From Geosiphon pyriformis uo1 (taxonomy: Eukaryota > Fungi > Glomeromycota), in the NCBI GenBank assembly GCA_016748015.1, contig JAAOMT010000779.1, positions 248,001 to 312,000 of the forward strand: DNA of 64,000 nucleotides, read 5' to 3'. Both the position numbers and the translations under genes were made by a program. Under the pieces are notes generated by a model. The model saw only the letters and a program-made list of their open reading frames with translations, was not told the DNA's origin and did not search any database. The stretch's first letter is position 1; each line of letters begins with the position of its first letter. Positions 37,810 through 52,274 of the stretch are shown in pieces.

Positions 37810-38586
37810 TATTACAGATAATTATTTGGAGTGTTGAAACAAATAACAAATTTATAACTTGGTGCTCAATGGTTGGTAATATTGGTAATTTTTAAAAATT
37901 TTAGAGTCAGAAGGTTTTTGTTGAGTTTTTTGTATAATAGACAGAAATTTAATTAATGATTTTTTCTGTGAATTTCTTTCTTCAGCATAATGGCCAGTTT
38001 ATTCTGGCAGTTATGTTTTTTTGATAAGCTATCCTTAAATTTTTACTCATATTCCCAAACTATTCTTGACATCAAATACTCAGCACTTAATTCCTTTAAT
38101 TAATTAGTAAACAACAAAGAAACAAAATAAAAAAAAATAAAAAATTAATATTTTATCAATAACTATAATTAAAAACTGTTGGTCCAATATGATTAAATAT
38201 TGAATTTTATTAACATGAAGTGTTGATAGTAAATAAGTGATTAATATTTTTAATCAAGTAATAATAACATGAATTGGAAGATAATTATATATTTATTTAA
38301 TATTAATGTGTTTTTATTTCAAATTATAGAAAACTATCTTTTGAAGGAAAAATAATAGGGGTTCTAAACTTTATCAAATTTTGAATGCTTTTTTACTTTT
38401 AACAATTTCATTATATATATATAATTTGTATTATATGAGATTTTTGGAGAATTCTGCAATTTTTCAAGAGAATTTTGGAATTCTGTAATTTTTCAAGAGA
38501 ATTCTGGAATTTTTTATTTTATTACACCTATTTTTGATTGGCTATTTTTACCTATTTATTATAATTTCCAATTTTTATGAATAATA
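37810..38586 (-). repeat. Solo LTR (A/B family) inserted in the RT of element B
   Basis: Homologous to 44367-46056; RT reads through it (QVAINLV|NKEKTVF); flanks TTAG and TTGA are a decayed 4-bp TSD. Confidence 0.88.
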
Positions 38587-39474
38587 TTGACTAGATTTAT
38601 GGCTACTTGTTAGTAATTTCTATATAAGTTCAATGTTAAAAACTATTTTTTTTTTCTGAAAGCATCAAATAATTCTTAGATTTGTGGAGTTAGATAACTA
38701 TCTTCATAAGTAATACTGTTAAGTTTTTTGTAATTCACACAAAAATGAATCTTTTCATTTTTTTTTAAACAAATATTACTGGTAATAATCATAGATTTAT
38801 TAATGGTTGAATTAATTTATTGTCTAACATTCTGTTAATTTTTTGTTAAATGATTTTATGGCTGGTTAATAATACTCTGTATACTTTTTGTTTGATTAAC
38901 ATTGCATTTCTAGTTTTGATCTGGTGTTGGATAATGTCAGTTCTGCCAAATTTATTTTTATTGGCAAAGATATTAATAAAATTGTTAAGTAGTATCTTGA
39001 GTTGTATACTTTGAAGTAGGACTAGATTTTTTAAATTTATTTGTTCTAAATGTTTTGGTTATAGCAAATAACATTTTTTTATCTGTATATGGTTTATGAT
39101 GTAATATTTACATACCCACAAAGTTATAGAAAGTCTAAAATAGTAGTGGGTGCTTGATTTTTAACTTTAGTGCTTAAATATCTGATAATAGTTTTATTTG
39201 ATATTTCTATGGAGTTTTTAGTTGTGTTATGTATTAGAATTTTGATGTGTCTATAGTTCTTGGCTGGTATATAGAAATTGGTAATGTTAATCTCTTTTAA
39301 TTCACCAATGTTTGTTTTAGCTTTAAAAATCTGGGTTTGATTTTTTACTTTTCTTTCTATAACTAATATATACTAATTATATAGTGAAATAAAAATTAAT
39401 TGATAGATAAAAATAATTTCTCTTTTATTAAAGATTTTTTCTTCCATCATATTAATTGATATATCTATTTTACT

Positions 39475-39895
39475 TATTGATCCAAATCTTTTTATTTCTT
39501 TTGCTGTAATTTTTAACTTTTTTTTTATTTTTACTAATACTAATTAAGCTATTTTAACCAGAAACAAGAATATTGTCTGTGCTATCTTTTTATTTGGTTC
39601 AATTGTGTATTTTTTTTCTGAGTTATTTTGTAGTATTATAATAATATTTTCTATATATTCTGTATTAATTATTTCTTTTCTAATATTAATTCCTTTTTTT
39701 GTTAAACTAAATCTAAAAACTAATTAGATTATTGTTGTTGCTAGAATTTTCAGTGCTATTTTCAGATTTATACTAATACATAAATAAAATTCTAATTGAA
39801 TAACAGTTTTTTCTAAATATCTAAAATTAAATCTTATATTAATATTATGTATGCATTTTGGCATAATATCTTCACTGTTATTGTTAAACTATTTA
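39475..39895 (-). pseudogene. dUTPase domain of Gypsy B, heavily decayed
   Basis: Collinear with 36840-37250 (LKIALKILATT..KKGINIRK..KKIAQTIFL). Confidence 0.8.
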
Positions 39896-42800
39896 AGTTT
39901 TTGCTCTATTGAAAGGTCTGAGAGCATAATATATTGTTTGGAATTGTACTTGGAATTTGAATTGTTATTGTTGTTATTGTTATAATGAATAGTATTGAAA
40001 TCATTATTGTTGTTATTATTGTAGTCTAAATTATGATTAAATTTCAATTTCAATTCCAATGTGCACTTGCTAATTGGTTTTTTTTTAGGAATCAAATAGA
40101 TTATATATGATAATAGATTGTAAATAAGATTACAATTGTTACAATATTTGAAATCACTAAAAATAATGCAATATTTATAAAATTTAGTATTTAATTGTTC
40201 TAAAAACTGTTTTTGCTCTTTTTTAATGGGTGTTAAATCTTGATAGTATTTGTGAAATTGTTTTGAATTGTTTAAAATATTGATAAATGTGTCTGAGTTA
40301 AGAATAAGAACAGTCTCAACAGATTCTGGTGAGTTGTTTTTAATTGTAAGTATTTTATTGAATGAAGTGTTTTTAACTTTGGCACTTGTTATTCACCAAA
40401 TTTTATTTTTGTCATGTGAGTAACTATCTAAGCATAAAAGTGCTCAGTTTTATGCAGTATTAAAAGATGTTTTTTGGCTTATCCAGTTACTTATAAGAAT
40501 TGTGTATTAACATAAAATATCACATGTTCCTTCTCAACTAGAAATGTTATTCCATATTTTTTCATCAAGTAATATTTCTTTACAAGTAAACCATAGTTTA
40601 TTATCTTATTTTTTTTGTTATTTTAAATACTTAAAATGTTTTCAGTAACACAGTTTGCAGTAGTAATGGGTGCATGTCCAGTAATTTTTTTAGACAAGAT
40701 CTAAGCTTTCATAAAAAAAAACTTTTTATTATAGTTAATATATCTAAGTAGAATATATGATAATTTTTTCTTTATGTCTATGAAATATAATTTATTCCAG
40801 CTATTGGTTATTTTTTCAGTAATTGTAGTGGCTTTTGGTTTATCTTTTTTTTTTTTTTTTTTTATTATTCTAAAAAAGTATCAGCAGTAATTTATTGTGT
40901 TTGTTTTCAGTCCATAAGACTTGATAGACTTCTCAAGTAGGTTATTTTTTTCCTTCAACTTGATCAATGATTGTTCTCTTAAAAGAGCTTTAAAATGTCT
41001 ACAAGTAACAGACACTTAAGTATGCTAATTCTTAAATATTAACTAGAGCTTTTAAGTGTTTTAGTCAAATACAGTATTGGTTTTAAACAGTTAGTTATTA
41101 CTAATAAGAGCTTAATATTATGTGGCTTTTATTATCAGAATTTTGATTGACATGATGATACCATTGACTTCAAAAAAAAAATTGTTGATTTTACCAATAG
41201 AAGTTTTCATTACTCTATTAACAGTAATAATTTTGGTGCTGGTAGTGTGATCAACCTAACAACCTAATTGGTTTATAAATTGTTATGTGATGATGCTGTC
41301 TGCTAACACATTATTAATAATTAATTTGATAGGTTAGACATCAATTTTGGCATCTGTGTACATAACTGTAATAAGTTTAATATTGAAAATGGCTCTGCTA
41401 AATAGAGATAGTATTATTAATTTTTTTAGTTTAAAAAAAAATATGGCTGTAAGTAATTTGTTTTCAATAATAGTTACTAATAGAATATTGTTGATAAGTA
41501 GTGTTTTTGAGCCTTTCAAATTATTGAATAAGTTGGTTTTTGGAGTAATCAGAAGACTTAAATAGTTTTAAGAATTCAGGTTTTGGGTGTACCCACTTTT
41601 TGAACTCTGTTGACATAATTTTAATAGCTGAGTTGAAAAACTGGGGATTAATTGATATATTATTATCACTAATCTCTAATTTTGCTGAGTGTGAGTAATT
41701 GTCAGTCTTAGATTTTCAGTAAATACTGGCACAATAATTTGGGATAATACTTGAATTTGTTGTAGTTGATAAATTACTGTAACTGTTAATAAATTATTAG
41801 TGCTGAAGCCTAATAAACTGAAGATATATATATTGATTATTGTATTATTGATACATAATATGATTAGTATTGTTCCTAATTCTGGGTATAATTTGGAGTT
41901 TGAAACTGGTAATTAGAGTTTTTTGTTGTCATAATTAATTGGCTAATAAGAATAATAAACACAATTGATTTTGAAAACAATCAGAGTTTCCTTGATTGTT
42001 GTGGTATTGTAAAGACTGATAAATAACTTAATTGTTAGCTAAATATCCTTCAATTTTCTGATTGATGACTTTGCTAAATTGTTTCAATTTGGTATCTAAT
42101 TTAAATAATTCATTCATTACTAGATTTACAGCTTGGACATAGTTGGTTTCAAGTTTGGCTGATTCAAAATCTTAGACATGTATAACTGCATTCTAGAAAG
42201 TATTTAGATACATTAGATGTACTTTTTGTAATAAGCTGCTATATAATCTACAAATAAACTGGTTTAAAATCTGTGCTTTTATAAAATAATCAGCTTGAAT
42301 TGCCTGAATTTGGTGCAAATTTCTGTAGAAATGTTCTAAGTAAGTAGTAACTGCTTTGGTATTACCCTATTTGATGATAGTAAAGCTAGTTAACAAATAA
42401 TTAATGCTGTTGTAATTGCTAAAATATTGTAAAAATATGGTTTTAAATATATTAAAAGTTTGTGGTTTATTAACTAAGTTCTAATATTATTAGTTAATAA
42501 TATTCTATAAAAAATAAAAAATGGCTTGAAAAACTCTGGTGTTATCTTAATTATTGGTTATAATTATTTTGGTTATATTGTTTAATCATGCTTGGTTATT
42601 GTTTTTTTTACTTATAAATTTTTCAAGTTTGACAATAAGTATATATGCTATTGGTGCAAATTGTTGTGATTATAATTGTTGTTGAGATTGTTGTTAAGGT
42701 TATTGTTGTGGTGTGGTAATTGGTGCAACTGGTGGATCAATTATAATTATTAAAAATAAGTTTGGCTGAATAATAAAAGTGAGATTTAGATTGTTCAGGT

Positions 42801-43553
42801 TTTATGGAGTTTAAACAATCAGAATTTGTATTTTTGGATTATTTGAAATCAGATTTGGATTATTATTTTCCTAATTACTGTCTTCTTTTTTTTCAATTTA
42901 GTATCTTTTCAATAACTGATAGATTCGAAATTTGGTTGAAGTAACAGTAATCAAAGTTTTAATAGTATTGTTGATTACAAATTAAATTTTTCAAAAAAAT
43001 TGTCATATGTTTCTAATAATTTGACTTTTTCCTGATTATTTTGGAATGAAATCAAAATAATAGTGCTTTTATAGTTAATGGTAATATGGATTCTAATAAT
43101 ATATAGATAGTACTTTTGAATATATGATAATATAATAAGTTAATAAATAAAACAACTCTTGAATTCTTTTAATTAAACAGTTGTATTTTTTTTGGTGTTT
43201 TTGCTGACATTTGTAATTTTTTTTTGTCTGCAAAAATAATAGAAAATCTTTATTGGATGTATTTTTCAATTTCTTTGTTTATTTTTGTAATTAATAGTGC
43301 AAACAAATAGTTTGATAAAAGTGTGATATTTTGGAGTAATTACTGTAGAAATTGTTCTGAATCTTATTGATTTTCTAAGTAGGATTTAATTTTTTTGTTA
43401 ATATAAAAATTGAAAGCTAATTTTGTTGGCCAATAGTTACTTGTTAATCCAAGGTAAATTTGATAATGTTAAAATAAGAATTTTACAAATTCTAAATAAT
43501 TTTCTCTTATGATTTTTTTATCTGCTATTGTTCCAAATAATTGATATTAATGC

Positions 43554-44323
43554 TGTTATGGAAGTGTTTTCTTGGTATATTTTAATTGTTAATATCTTGT
43601 TTTAATTGCAATCAGTTTCTTGTAAGTTTCTTAATTTTATGTGTTAGATATTAATGATAATGTACTGAAGGTTTTCTCTTGATGTTGTGATATAAGTCTT
43701 CTTTTTAATTCTAGTTGTCTTTGTATGTTGTGTACTTCTTCTTAGAGGCTAATCTGAAATTTACCCACTGTCTGGAGTTTTTTTTGAAGCTATCCTTGCA
43801 ATTGCCTGATGTGTTTCTCTAATCTAGAAACACAAAATGTTAATGGCCTTTTCATGATTTTTTTAAGTATATAATAAAGCTTTTTCAATTTAATTAGTAA
43901 CCACATAAATAATCTTGATCAGGGATTATTCTTCCAAAAAGTTTAAAGATGAAATGATAATTTCATTTACTAGAGAGAGTATGTGAATTTTATTATTAAT
44001 CTTGTAATTGTAATGTTTATTCAATTTATTATTTTTATTAATTCTTTTTGAATAAAATTTTATTTAGATATTTGTTGCTTCAAGTTGAAGCTGTTTTTTT
44101 CTTCATTATTAAAAACTATTGTATATATATATAATTATTGTTTTATAAAATAATGTCTTGTAATACTCTATTTCCGTAATTTCTAAATAGTGCTTACTGC
44201 TTTTGCATGATAGTGCTTGCTGTTATTTGTAAATTATTTCTTTTTATAAATTGTTGTTGTGCTATTTCATAATTGGCTAATTTATATTATTTATAATTCC
44301 TATTAAATTCTTGAACTGTAACA
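43554..44323. repeat. Solo LTR of a third family inserted at the start of element B gag
   Basis: TGTTA...TAACA termini; perfect ATGC TSD (43550-43553 and 44324-44327); 770 bp, non-coding. Confidence 0.85.
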
Positions 44324-45137
44324 ATGCTAATTTTTTGTTGGATTATACTTTACAGAGAGCACCAAATGTTACAAGTGCTTATTTAGAGTGTTAGAACAAA
44401 TAACAAACCTGTAACTTGGTGCTTAATAGCTGGTAATATTGGTAATTTCTAAAGATTTTGGAGTCTAAAAGTTTTGGTTGAGTTTTTTGTATAATAAACA
44501 GAGATATGATTAAGAGTTTTTTTGGTGAATTTTTTTCTTTAGCATAGTGGCCAGTTTATTTTGACAGTTATGCTTTTTTAGTAAGCTATCCATAAATTTC
44601 TACTCTTATTTTTGGGTTTTTTATCAAACTATTCTTGACATTAATTGTTCAGTACTTAATTCTTTTAATCAATTAATAAACAACAAAGAAACAAAATAAA
44701 AATAAAAAATAAAAAAATAAAAAAAAATAAAAAAAAAAATAAAAAATTAGTATTCTGTCAATAGTTATAATTAAAAGCTATTGGTTTAGTGTAATTAAGT
44801 ATTAAATTTTATTAACATGAAGTGTTAAGAATGACAAAGTAATTGATATTCTTAATCAAGTGATGATAACATAGATTGAATAATAAGTAAATATTTTATT
44901 AATATTAATAGGTTTTCACTTTAAGTTATAGAAAACTATCTTTTAAATGGAAAGATATTATTGTTTTGAACTCTATCAAATTTTAAATATTTTTTTGCTT
45001 CTAATACTCTTACTATATATACATAATTTGTATTATACAAAATTTCTGAAAATTTTGCAATTTCTCAAGAAAATTCTGAAATTCTGAAATTCTACAATTT
45101 TCCAAAGAGAATTCTGGAATTTTCTATTTTATTATAC

Positions 45138-45995
45138 TATTATTCATAGAAATTTAAGAAATCTTAATAAGAATAGAAAGTAACTAATTAGAAACAGGCA
45201 TAATAAAAAAGGAATTTCAGAATTTTTTTTAAGGAATTACAAAATTCTAGAAATTTTAGGATTCTTAGTTAAAGGAATTAAAAAAATCCAAAAAATCTTA
45301 TATAATATTAATTATGTATATATAGTGAAAGTATTAGAAACAGAAAAGACAAAATTTAGTTTAGAATTAATACCAACAATCCATTAATTATCCAATATTC
45401 TTTCTTTTAAAAAATAGTTTTCTACATATTGAAATAGAATTAAATCACATATCAATAAAATATCAATTATTATTTGAATCTATGTTGTTATTACTTGATT
45501 AAAAAATATTAATCACTTCCATTTTATTAATACTTAATGTTAATAAAACCTAATATTTAATCATACTGAACCAATAGCTTTTGATTATGATTATTGACAA
45601 AATACTAATTTTTTATTTTCTTTTTATTTTCTTTTATTTCTTTTATTTTCTTTTATTTTTTTTTGTTTTATTTTGTTGTTTTACCAATTGATTAAAGAGA
45701 TTAAGCACTGAGTATTTTAACATCAAAAATGGTCTGGTAAAAAACCTGGAAATAAGAGTAGACATTTAAAGATAGCTTATTAAAAGAGCACAACTACTAG
45801 AATAAACCAGCCATCATGCTAAAGAAAAAAATTCACAGAAGAAACCCTTAATTAAATCTTTGTTTATTATATAAAAGACTTAACCAAAACCTTCAGATTA
45901 CCAAAATCTTCAAAAAATACCAACTGTAAAAACTATTGAGCACTAAGTTACAGGTTTGTTATTTGTTTTAACACTTTAAATAATTACTTGTAACA
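45138..45995 (+). repeat. Solo LTR (A/B family) inserted in inverted orientation inside the 5' LTR of element B
   Basis: Reverse complement of the 44367-type LTR; TSD ATAC (45134-45137) / ATGC (45996-45999); host LTR resumes at 46000-46056. Confidence 0.9.
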
Positions 45996-46056
45996 ATGCC
46001 TATTTCTAATTGACTATTTTACCTATTATTATAATTCTTAATTTTTATGAGTAATA

Positions 46057-49000
46057 ACAGTTAAAAAATAGGCAGCCACTTTATTAGTGACTTTAGCAAA
46101 ACCAGCATATTTTAAAAAACTGTCAATATAAACTTCACTAGAATCAGACCAAATCTCAAGCAAGCTTCTTTGCACATTAAAAAACTTTTTAGATTTCAAA
46201 ATATTAAAACAAAATAACCTATTAGCATTTGTAAAATCAACCACTAAAAAATCTTTATCAATCAAAAATTCAGATATTAGCTTGAACTAATAAAACACAA
46301 AGCTATTTGAATCTAATCTCTTTTATTAACAAAACGTTTTTTAACTTATTATATTTCCTTTTTTATTTAGAAGTCTGTTACCAAAAGCAACTCCAAATTA
46401 CATAAAAAAAAACAGAGTTATAATACAAAAATTTTTCAAAATGTCCAATATTAAGAATTTATTAAGACTACAAAATATATTGAGCAAATTATTTACTAAT
46501 AATAAATTATTATTCAAAAAAATTTTTATTACCTTAGCCAAAAAATTGTTTACTAGACTAATATACAATTTAACAAAAAATTGCAAAGAGTCTAAAAAAG
46601 ACCACTCTAGAATCTGCAAATTCAAAAATCTATGTTTAAATAAATACCCAAAAATGCCTAATAAATTAGAAAAAGCAATTAATAAAGCCATTTTTTTTAG
46701 ACTGCACTTGCTCAAAAAGCTTCAAATTATACAAAGATGAATAATATAAAATTTTACTAAAAAAATTATGTAACAAACTGATTATGATCTTAAAATTTTT
46801 TTTAATTATTACATCCTATTTATAATATATACTCAATAAAACAAAACTAAACTGTAATTAGTAGCTAATTATAAACTGCAAAACAGTTGAAACCAAATAA
46901 GAAAATTGGTTATTTGTAATTGTTTTTCTTAACACTATATTAGAAAAAAATTTGATATTAGGATAAGTTTAAACCATATTAGACTTAAAAAAACTTTTAG
47001 TTAACAAAAAAATTCCCAAGTACCTATACAATTTATCTTTTTTAGCAATTAAAATTGGCAAACCATTGATTATTAATGAGACATTTTTAATATTCTAATT
47101 AATAAGAATAGCCACTGTTTTTTTATTATTAATTAAGATATTATTAACATTAAAAAATTCACTAATAATATTTAAAATATATTGTGTAAAAGTTTGGCTG
47201 CTTCTAATTCAAATTGTATTATTAACAAAAATACTAGCAATAAAAAATAAAGTTTTTTCTTCAATAGTCTCAATTTTGCCAGTTCTGGCCACAAACTTTA
47301 TATTAATTTGGTATTTACACAAGTGCTTATGTCTCTTAACTTTACATAAAAGTGGATTATAGAAAATTTTTTAAAGGAGAAGAAAGAAAATCTCACTTTA
47401 ATTCAACTTATTATGTATCTTATAACTATCTAAAAGTCCAAAATCAACTATTACTCTATTGATTCAATTCTTATGTATATTAGCAAAAAACTCAATAAAC
47501 TAACTGCATATCTTAATGTATTACAAGCTAGCTTTCAAATGATGCTATCTTACTAAATTATAAGTTTTGTGTATATTTTGTAAAACCAACCAAAATTTTT
47601 TATTTTTTTCTAGTGTATTTTTAACAACTAACTTAATAACAAAAATTAGAGACTGAATTAAAGTACTCTTCAATACTGAAAAGTTATTGTTACAAAAAAC
47701 ATCAAATTTACTACATGATAAAAATATTTGATTAGAGAAAATCTTTAACAGAATTTTGTTAGTTGTTTTAATTAGTACAATAGATTAGGTATTTGTTAAA
47801 ATATTATCCTACTTATAAGATTTAGAGATTATAAAAACTCATGCTTTCTTCCAAGAAACTGAAACCATACTCAAAGTTAAACACAAATTCAACAACCTTA
47901 AAAGACATTTTAATATCTTATTACTGCAATGTTTTTATAATTTATTTGGAATTTCTAAAAACTTAGCAGATTTATTACCTAATAAATCATCAACTACCAA
48001 AGCTAGCTTTTTCATATTAATCTCTTTTATTATACTAGAAAAGACACCATAATTAACATAATTCAAAGTTCAAGCATTTTCAAGAATACTGACTATTTTC
48101 TCATCTACCTTTTTATAATTTTATTAAATTTAAGTTTTATTTTATTAAGCTTCACAACCAATTTATTCTTAACCACTAGGTAATCTAAAACAACTTTGCA
48201 AAAAAGCCATTTTAAAATATTTTTTATTATCTATTTTTTGTTATAGTAAAAATTTTTCATACATTAGTTAATTGTTTTTTAAATAGCTATGTTCTTAGAC
48301 ACCTTTAATTTATAATATTTGGATTTTTAATACTTTTTCCTAATTATTAACAAATGTCTAATAATGTTTATTAATTTTACATTATCTTAAATTATATTAA
48401 CAATTTTAAACACTTCAATATTATTAATTATTAACTAAACTTTAACAAAACAATTAATTTTTAACAAATCTCCAAAATTCTATTTTTTTACAATCTTATT
48501 AATAAGCAGCTTTAGTTTAAAAAATTTTGACAATTGTTTATTCTTTAAGCAATCATATTCACTATATTAATGTCTAAAAAACATTACATTAGCAAATTGT
48601 ACTATAGCTTTTCTTAACATTTCTTACATTGTATTTAAATTATCATAATTTTCTGCTTTTTTAAATACATTTGACATTGCCAGCAACTTATTAGAAAAGC
48701 ATTTCTTAAATTGCATTTATTTGGCTTTATTTGTATCTTTTATCTTAAATTTTCATTGATCTTTATTAGTTTGTTTGTGAATACTATTAATATAAACATC
48801 TAGAAAACCACACAAATCAATTAAAACTAAGACTGTCTTATAATTTATATTAAAAAATTCTAATACAATATTAATCTTATGGCTTGTAACTATAGATACC
48901 AGATTTTTATTCACAAATATAAAATCTAATACTTTCTTAACATTTTTAAAATTGCTTTAAGTAAAAGCTTTGACTAATAAATGTCTATTAAATATATTAA

Positions 49001-50935
49001 TCAAATTCAGATTTAAACAAAACTTGAAACTTGTATTTTTTTTGATCTATTCTTATTAAAATCCTTATTTAAGATCACAAAAGTATTAGAAATAACTGCT
49101 TTAACAATAAAAAAATTAATTCCTAATGCCTGCTTAAATTTAGTTTTAGCAAAAACACCAGTATACAACTCTAAAATTGTTACTAAGAGTTTATTTTTAA
49201 ACAAAAGACAAACTAAAATAATTTTGCTTGAAATTTCATTAATCTTTGAAACATGCTAAGCCAAAAAATTGTTTATAATAATAGTTATTTTAACATTGAA
49301 AAAATCTTTATTTAAACTAAATATAAAATTTTTTATTCTTTTAAACTTATTTATTATTCAAAGTCTAATATTAGATCTTAATTTAATTTTTATAATAATA
49401 GAAATCATATTACCTAAATTAACATACCACCAAAAAACATCTATCTGCTTAGCAAAAACATTAATATTCTTAATATTATATATAACAATCTTCTATACAA
49501 AATTAATTATTAAGAAAAAGAGATGCCCAAACCAAGACTAATATTGTCTATTTTGGCTATAAAGCCCAAAACCATATTTAAAAGACTTTGTAAACTGTAT
49601 TTTAACTTAAAAATTACAGACAAATTCAAATATACTGCTTTTATAATAATCTTACTATTAGTAATTGCACTTAAATTCTCATTTATTACTATATCTGTCT
49701 TTTAATTTTGTAACAAAAAGATTACCAATAGTTGACATTTAGAATTAGACTAAAAAATCATTGATTCAAGTATATTTAATCTTTTAGCCAGCTTTTTAAC
49801 TTGTTTTATAAGACTAGTAAGACTGTGTTCAAAAATAGCAAACCTATTATTTATTTTAATAGATACTAATAGAAAAAATTTAATATTTAAAAACAAATTG
49901 ATACCAAAAGAGATCAAAAAAACCATATGAGAAAAAAAATTACCAGTAACTTAAGTTTAAGTTTTTTTATCAAATAAAACTGAACAAACAATTGGCATTT
50001 GTTTCCTTTTATATATATTTGCCAGATAAAACTGATTCTGAAAATTGATCACCCACTTATTGTAAATATTTAAATTTTTACTTATTGAATACACTTTAAA
50101 AACATGATTAAATTGTTTGTATTAAGCATAATAGACCAAAAAAAAACCAGTTCAATGTAAATTTACACTCTTAAAAACTGGAGTAGAACTAATAGCAGTC
50201 TTTTTGAATACTTTATTAGCAAAACAAACCACAGCATATTTGTCATATATATAAAAAACTAAATTGAAATTAATAAAGCAAGTTTTTTCATCATATAATT
50301 TTAACAAATTAGTAAGATTATAAACAGTAATGCTAATTAGTAAAATATATAACAAAACTTGATGCTGATTTTTAAATACTCATGTTTGTTTATTGTTAAT
50401 AGTTTTAGCCACATAAACAAAATTCTTTTTCATAAAAACTAATTATTTAATTGTAATCAACTTAGCAATATCAGCAGATTTAAATTCAATCAAAGTCTTT
50501 TGCCAAAAACCAATAAGCTGCATCTTGATTGATACAATCTTACCAAATTTGGAAAAAACTGATTTGACAGCTGATTTCGGAAGATTAACAGAAATTTTTA
50601 TTATTATTAACCAAGATTTTTTTATTAATAGCCATTTTCTTAGTTTTATTCAAACTAAACTTAGAAGTAAAAGATAATTTAATAATATCTGAGAATTTTG
50701 AGAAAGTTGATGTCCCTCCAAAACCATCAGCAATAAAAAATCTTTTTCACATTCAATAACTTATTACCAGCAGATTTATCAAGCACAACAGAAAGTTCAA
50801 TATTTAATGCAAAAAATTTCGCCAAATTAAAACTCCGTTTTTCTGAAACATGTGATCCGACTAATGAAAGCAGCCTGGAACCATCAAACTTAGGTGGCAG
50901 AAGCATTAAAACGTCATCGTTGTTATTTAAATCAC
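46057..50935 (-). mobile_element. LINE copy 3, strongly decayed, 5'-truncated and cut within RNase H by Gypsy B
   Basis: EVYIDSFL..VAAYF (RNase H), FKHRFLNLQILEW, FKNKLLVTILELYTG (APE), ORF1 piece matching 3289-3522. Confidence 0.88.
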
Positions 50936-52090
50936 TTTTTTTAATATTTCAACAAATTAAATATATATTTTGGCAAACTACAAGTTATTTTAGTAAATTA
51001 TTAGTATTTTTGTAAAATATTAAATATTTTGACAAATTTTTAAATATTACATAATTTAAAATATTACATAATTTGATTATTATATTTAATTATACTTGTA
51101 TATTATATAAATTATTAATTAAATAATAATATTTAATAATTTGACTAAATAATAAGTAATTAAAATAATATTATATATTAATTTATAATAAAAATTATAA
51201 AAATAATTTTATGTTAATTAATAACTCAATCTTTAATTAGTAACAATGTATTTTTAAATGTTGTTTTGGCTTTTTGGTTAATTTTTATTATAAAACAAAT
51301 ATTAAAATTTTTTTATTTTTAAATTAAAAAAAATTATTATTTTAAAACACAATATTAAGACCAAATTAATAAATTTTTTTCTAATTATACTGTTTTATTT
51401 TTTAGTTTTAAATTTTATTTAACAGTTAAAATATATTATTATTATTTTTAATTTTCAAAATTTTTTAGATTCTGTTATAATTAAGACTAAAATACTAAAA
51501 AAATCATATTTAATAAAAAATTTTTGGTTGTTAATGTTATTTTAAGTACTAAAATTTGAATTATTTGGTTTTTAAATATAAAATAATTTTATTTTATTTA
51601 CCAAAAAAATTGTTTAAGTTTTTAATAATCAGTTTATAAATGCAAAATTATATATTAAAACTACTATTTTTTTGGCTTTTTTATTATTATTTTTGTTAAT
51701 TTTATAATTAATTACAAGTTGGTTTTTTTGAAATTAATATTAACCAAGTTGGTTTTGTTAATTACATTTATTATTAAACTTACTAATTTTTTGGTTGTTA
51801 TAATAAATTAATAAATGTTTTATTTGTTATAATTTTGATGTAAAAAATAAAATTCTTATAGAAAAACAAATTGGGATTTTGATAAAAGTTAGTAATTTGA
51901 GTAAAAAGATAATTAATTTTAAGATAAAATGTGGTGTTGATAGTTTTCTTAAAATAATGGTTTTTTGATGAGCCGTACTTACTTTAAAGTAGTTTATACA
52001 GTGTTATAATGAGTAATTAAAACAAAAAAAAAAATAATCAAAAATCAAATATTAAACTAAGAATGTATGCTAAACTAAAACAATAGTTGA
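50936..52090. other. Extremely AT-rich tract between the repeat block and the gene island
   Basis: Composition; no credible ORF. Confidence 0.75.
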
Positions 52091-52274
52091 ACAGTTATTT
52101 TACGAATGGTAAGAATTTATCGTTTTAATTCAATTGATATTGAGTAGACATTTATTTTCAAACAATATTTACATTTCTGCTGAATTCTAGACACTACTTA
52201 CCAATTCGCGAAACTCTAGGATGAATTTTGAATTACTGCATCTGACAATGACTTGGAAATTTCATTAAGCTTTT

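Larger units (their letters stand above)
37758..46056 (-). mobile_element. Gypsy element B, 5' half (5' LTR 44367-46056, PBS, gag, PR, Cys-rich insert, dUTPase, RT N-terminus) carrying three solo LTRs
   Basis: PBS TGGTGCTCTCT adjacent to the LTR at 44367; decayed protease IKLIINSVLADSII near 41290-41335; RT stops at KEKTVFTTREKNFEF. Confidence 0.88.

Noticed and set aside
37810-38586. Middle LTR as the recombination point between elements A and B
   Set aside because: B's RT continues on both sides of the LTR; the real junction is about 50 bp further left.
31946-45995. Single 14-kb element bounded by inverted LTRs with an apparent ATGC TSD
   Set aside because: The right ATGC belongs to the inverted solo LTR (partner ATAC at 45134); the host LTR continues to 46056. 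The match reflects shared target preference.
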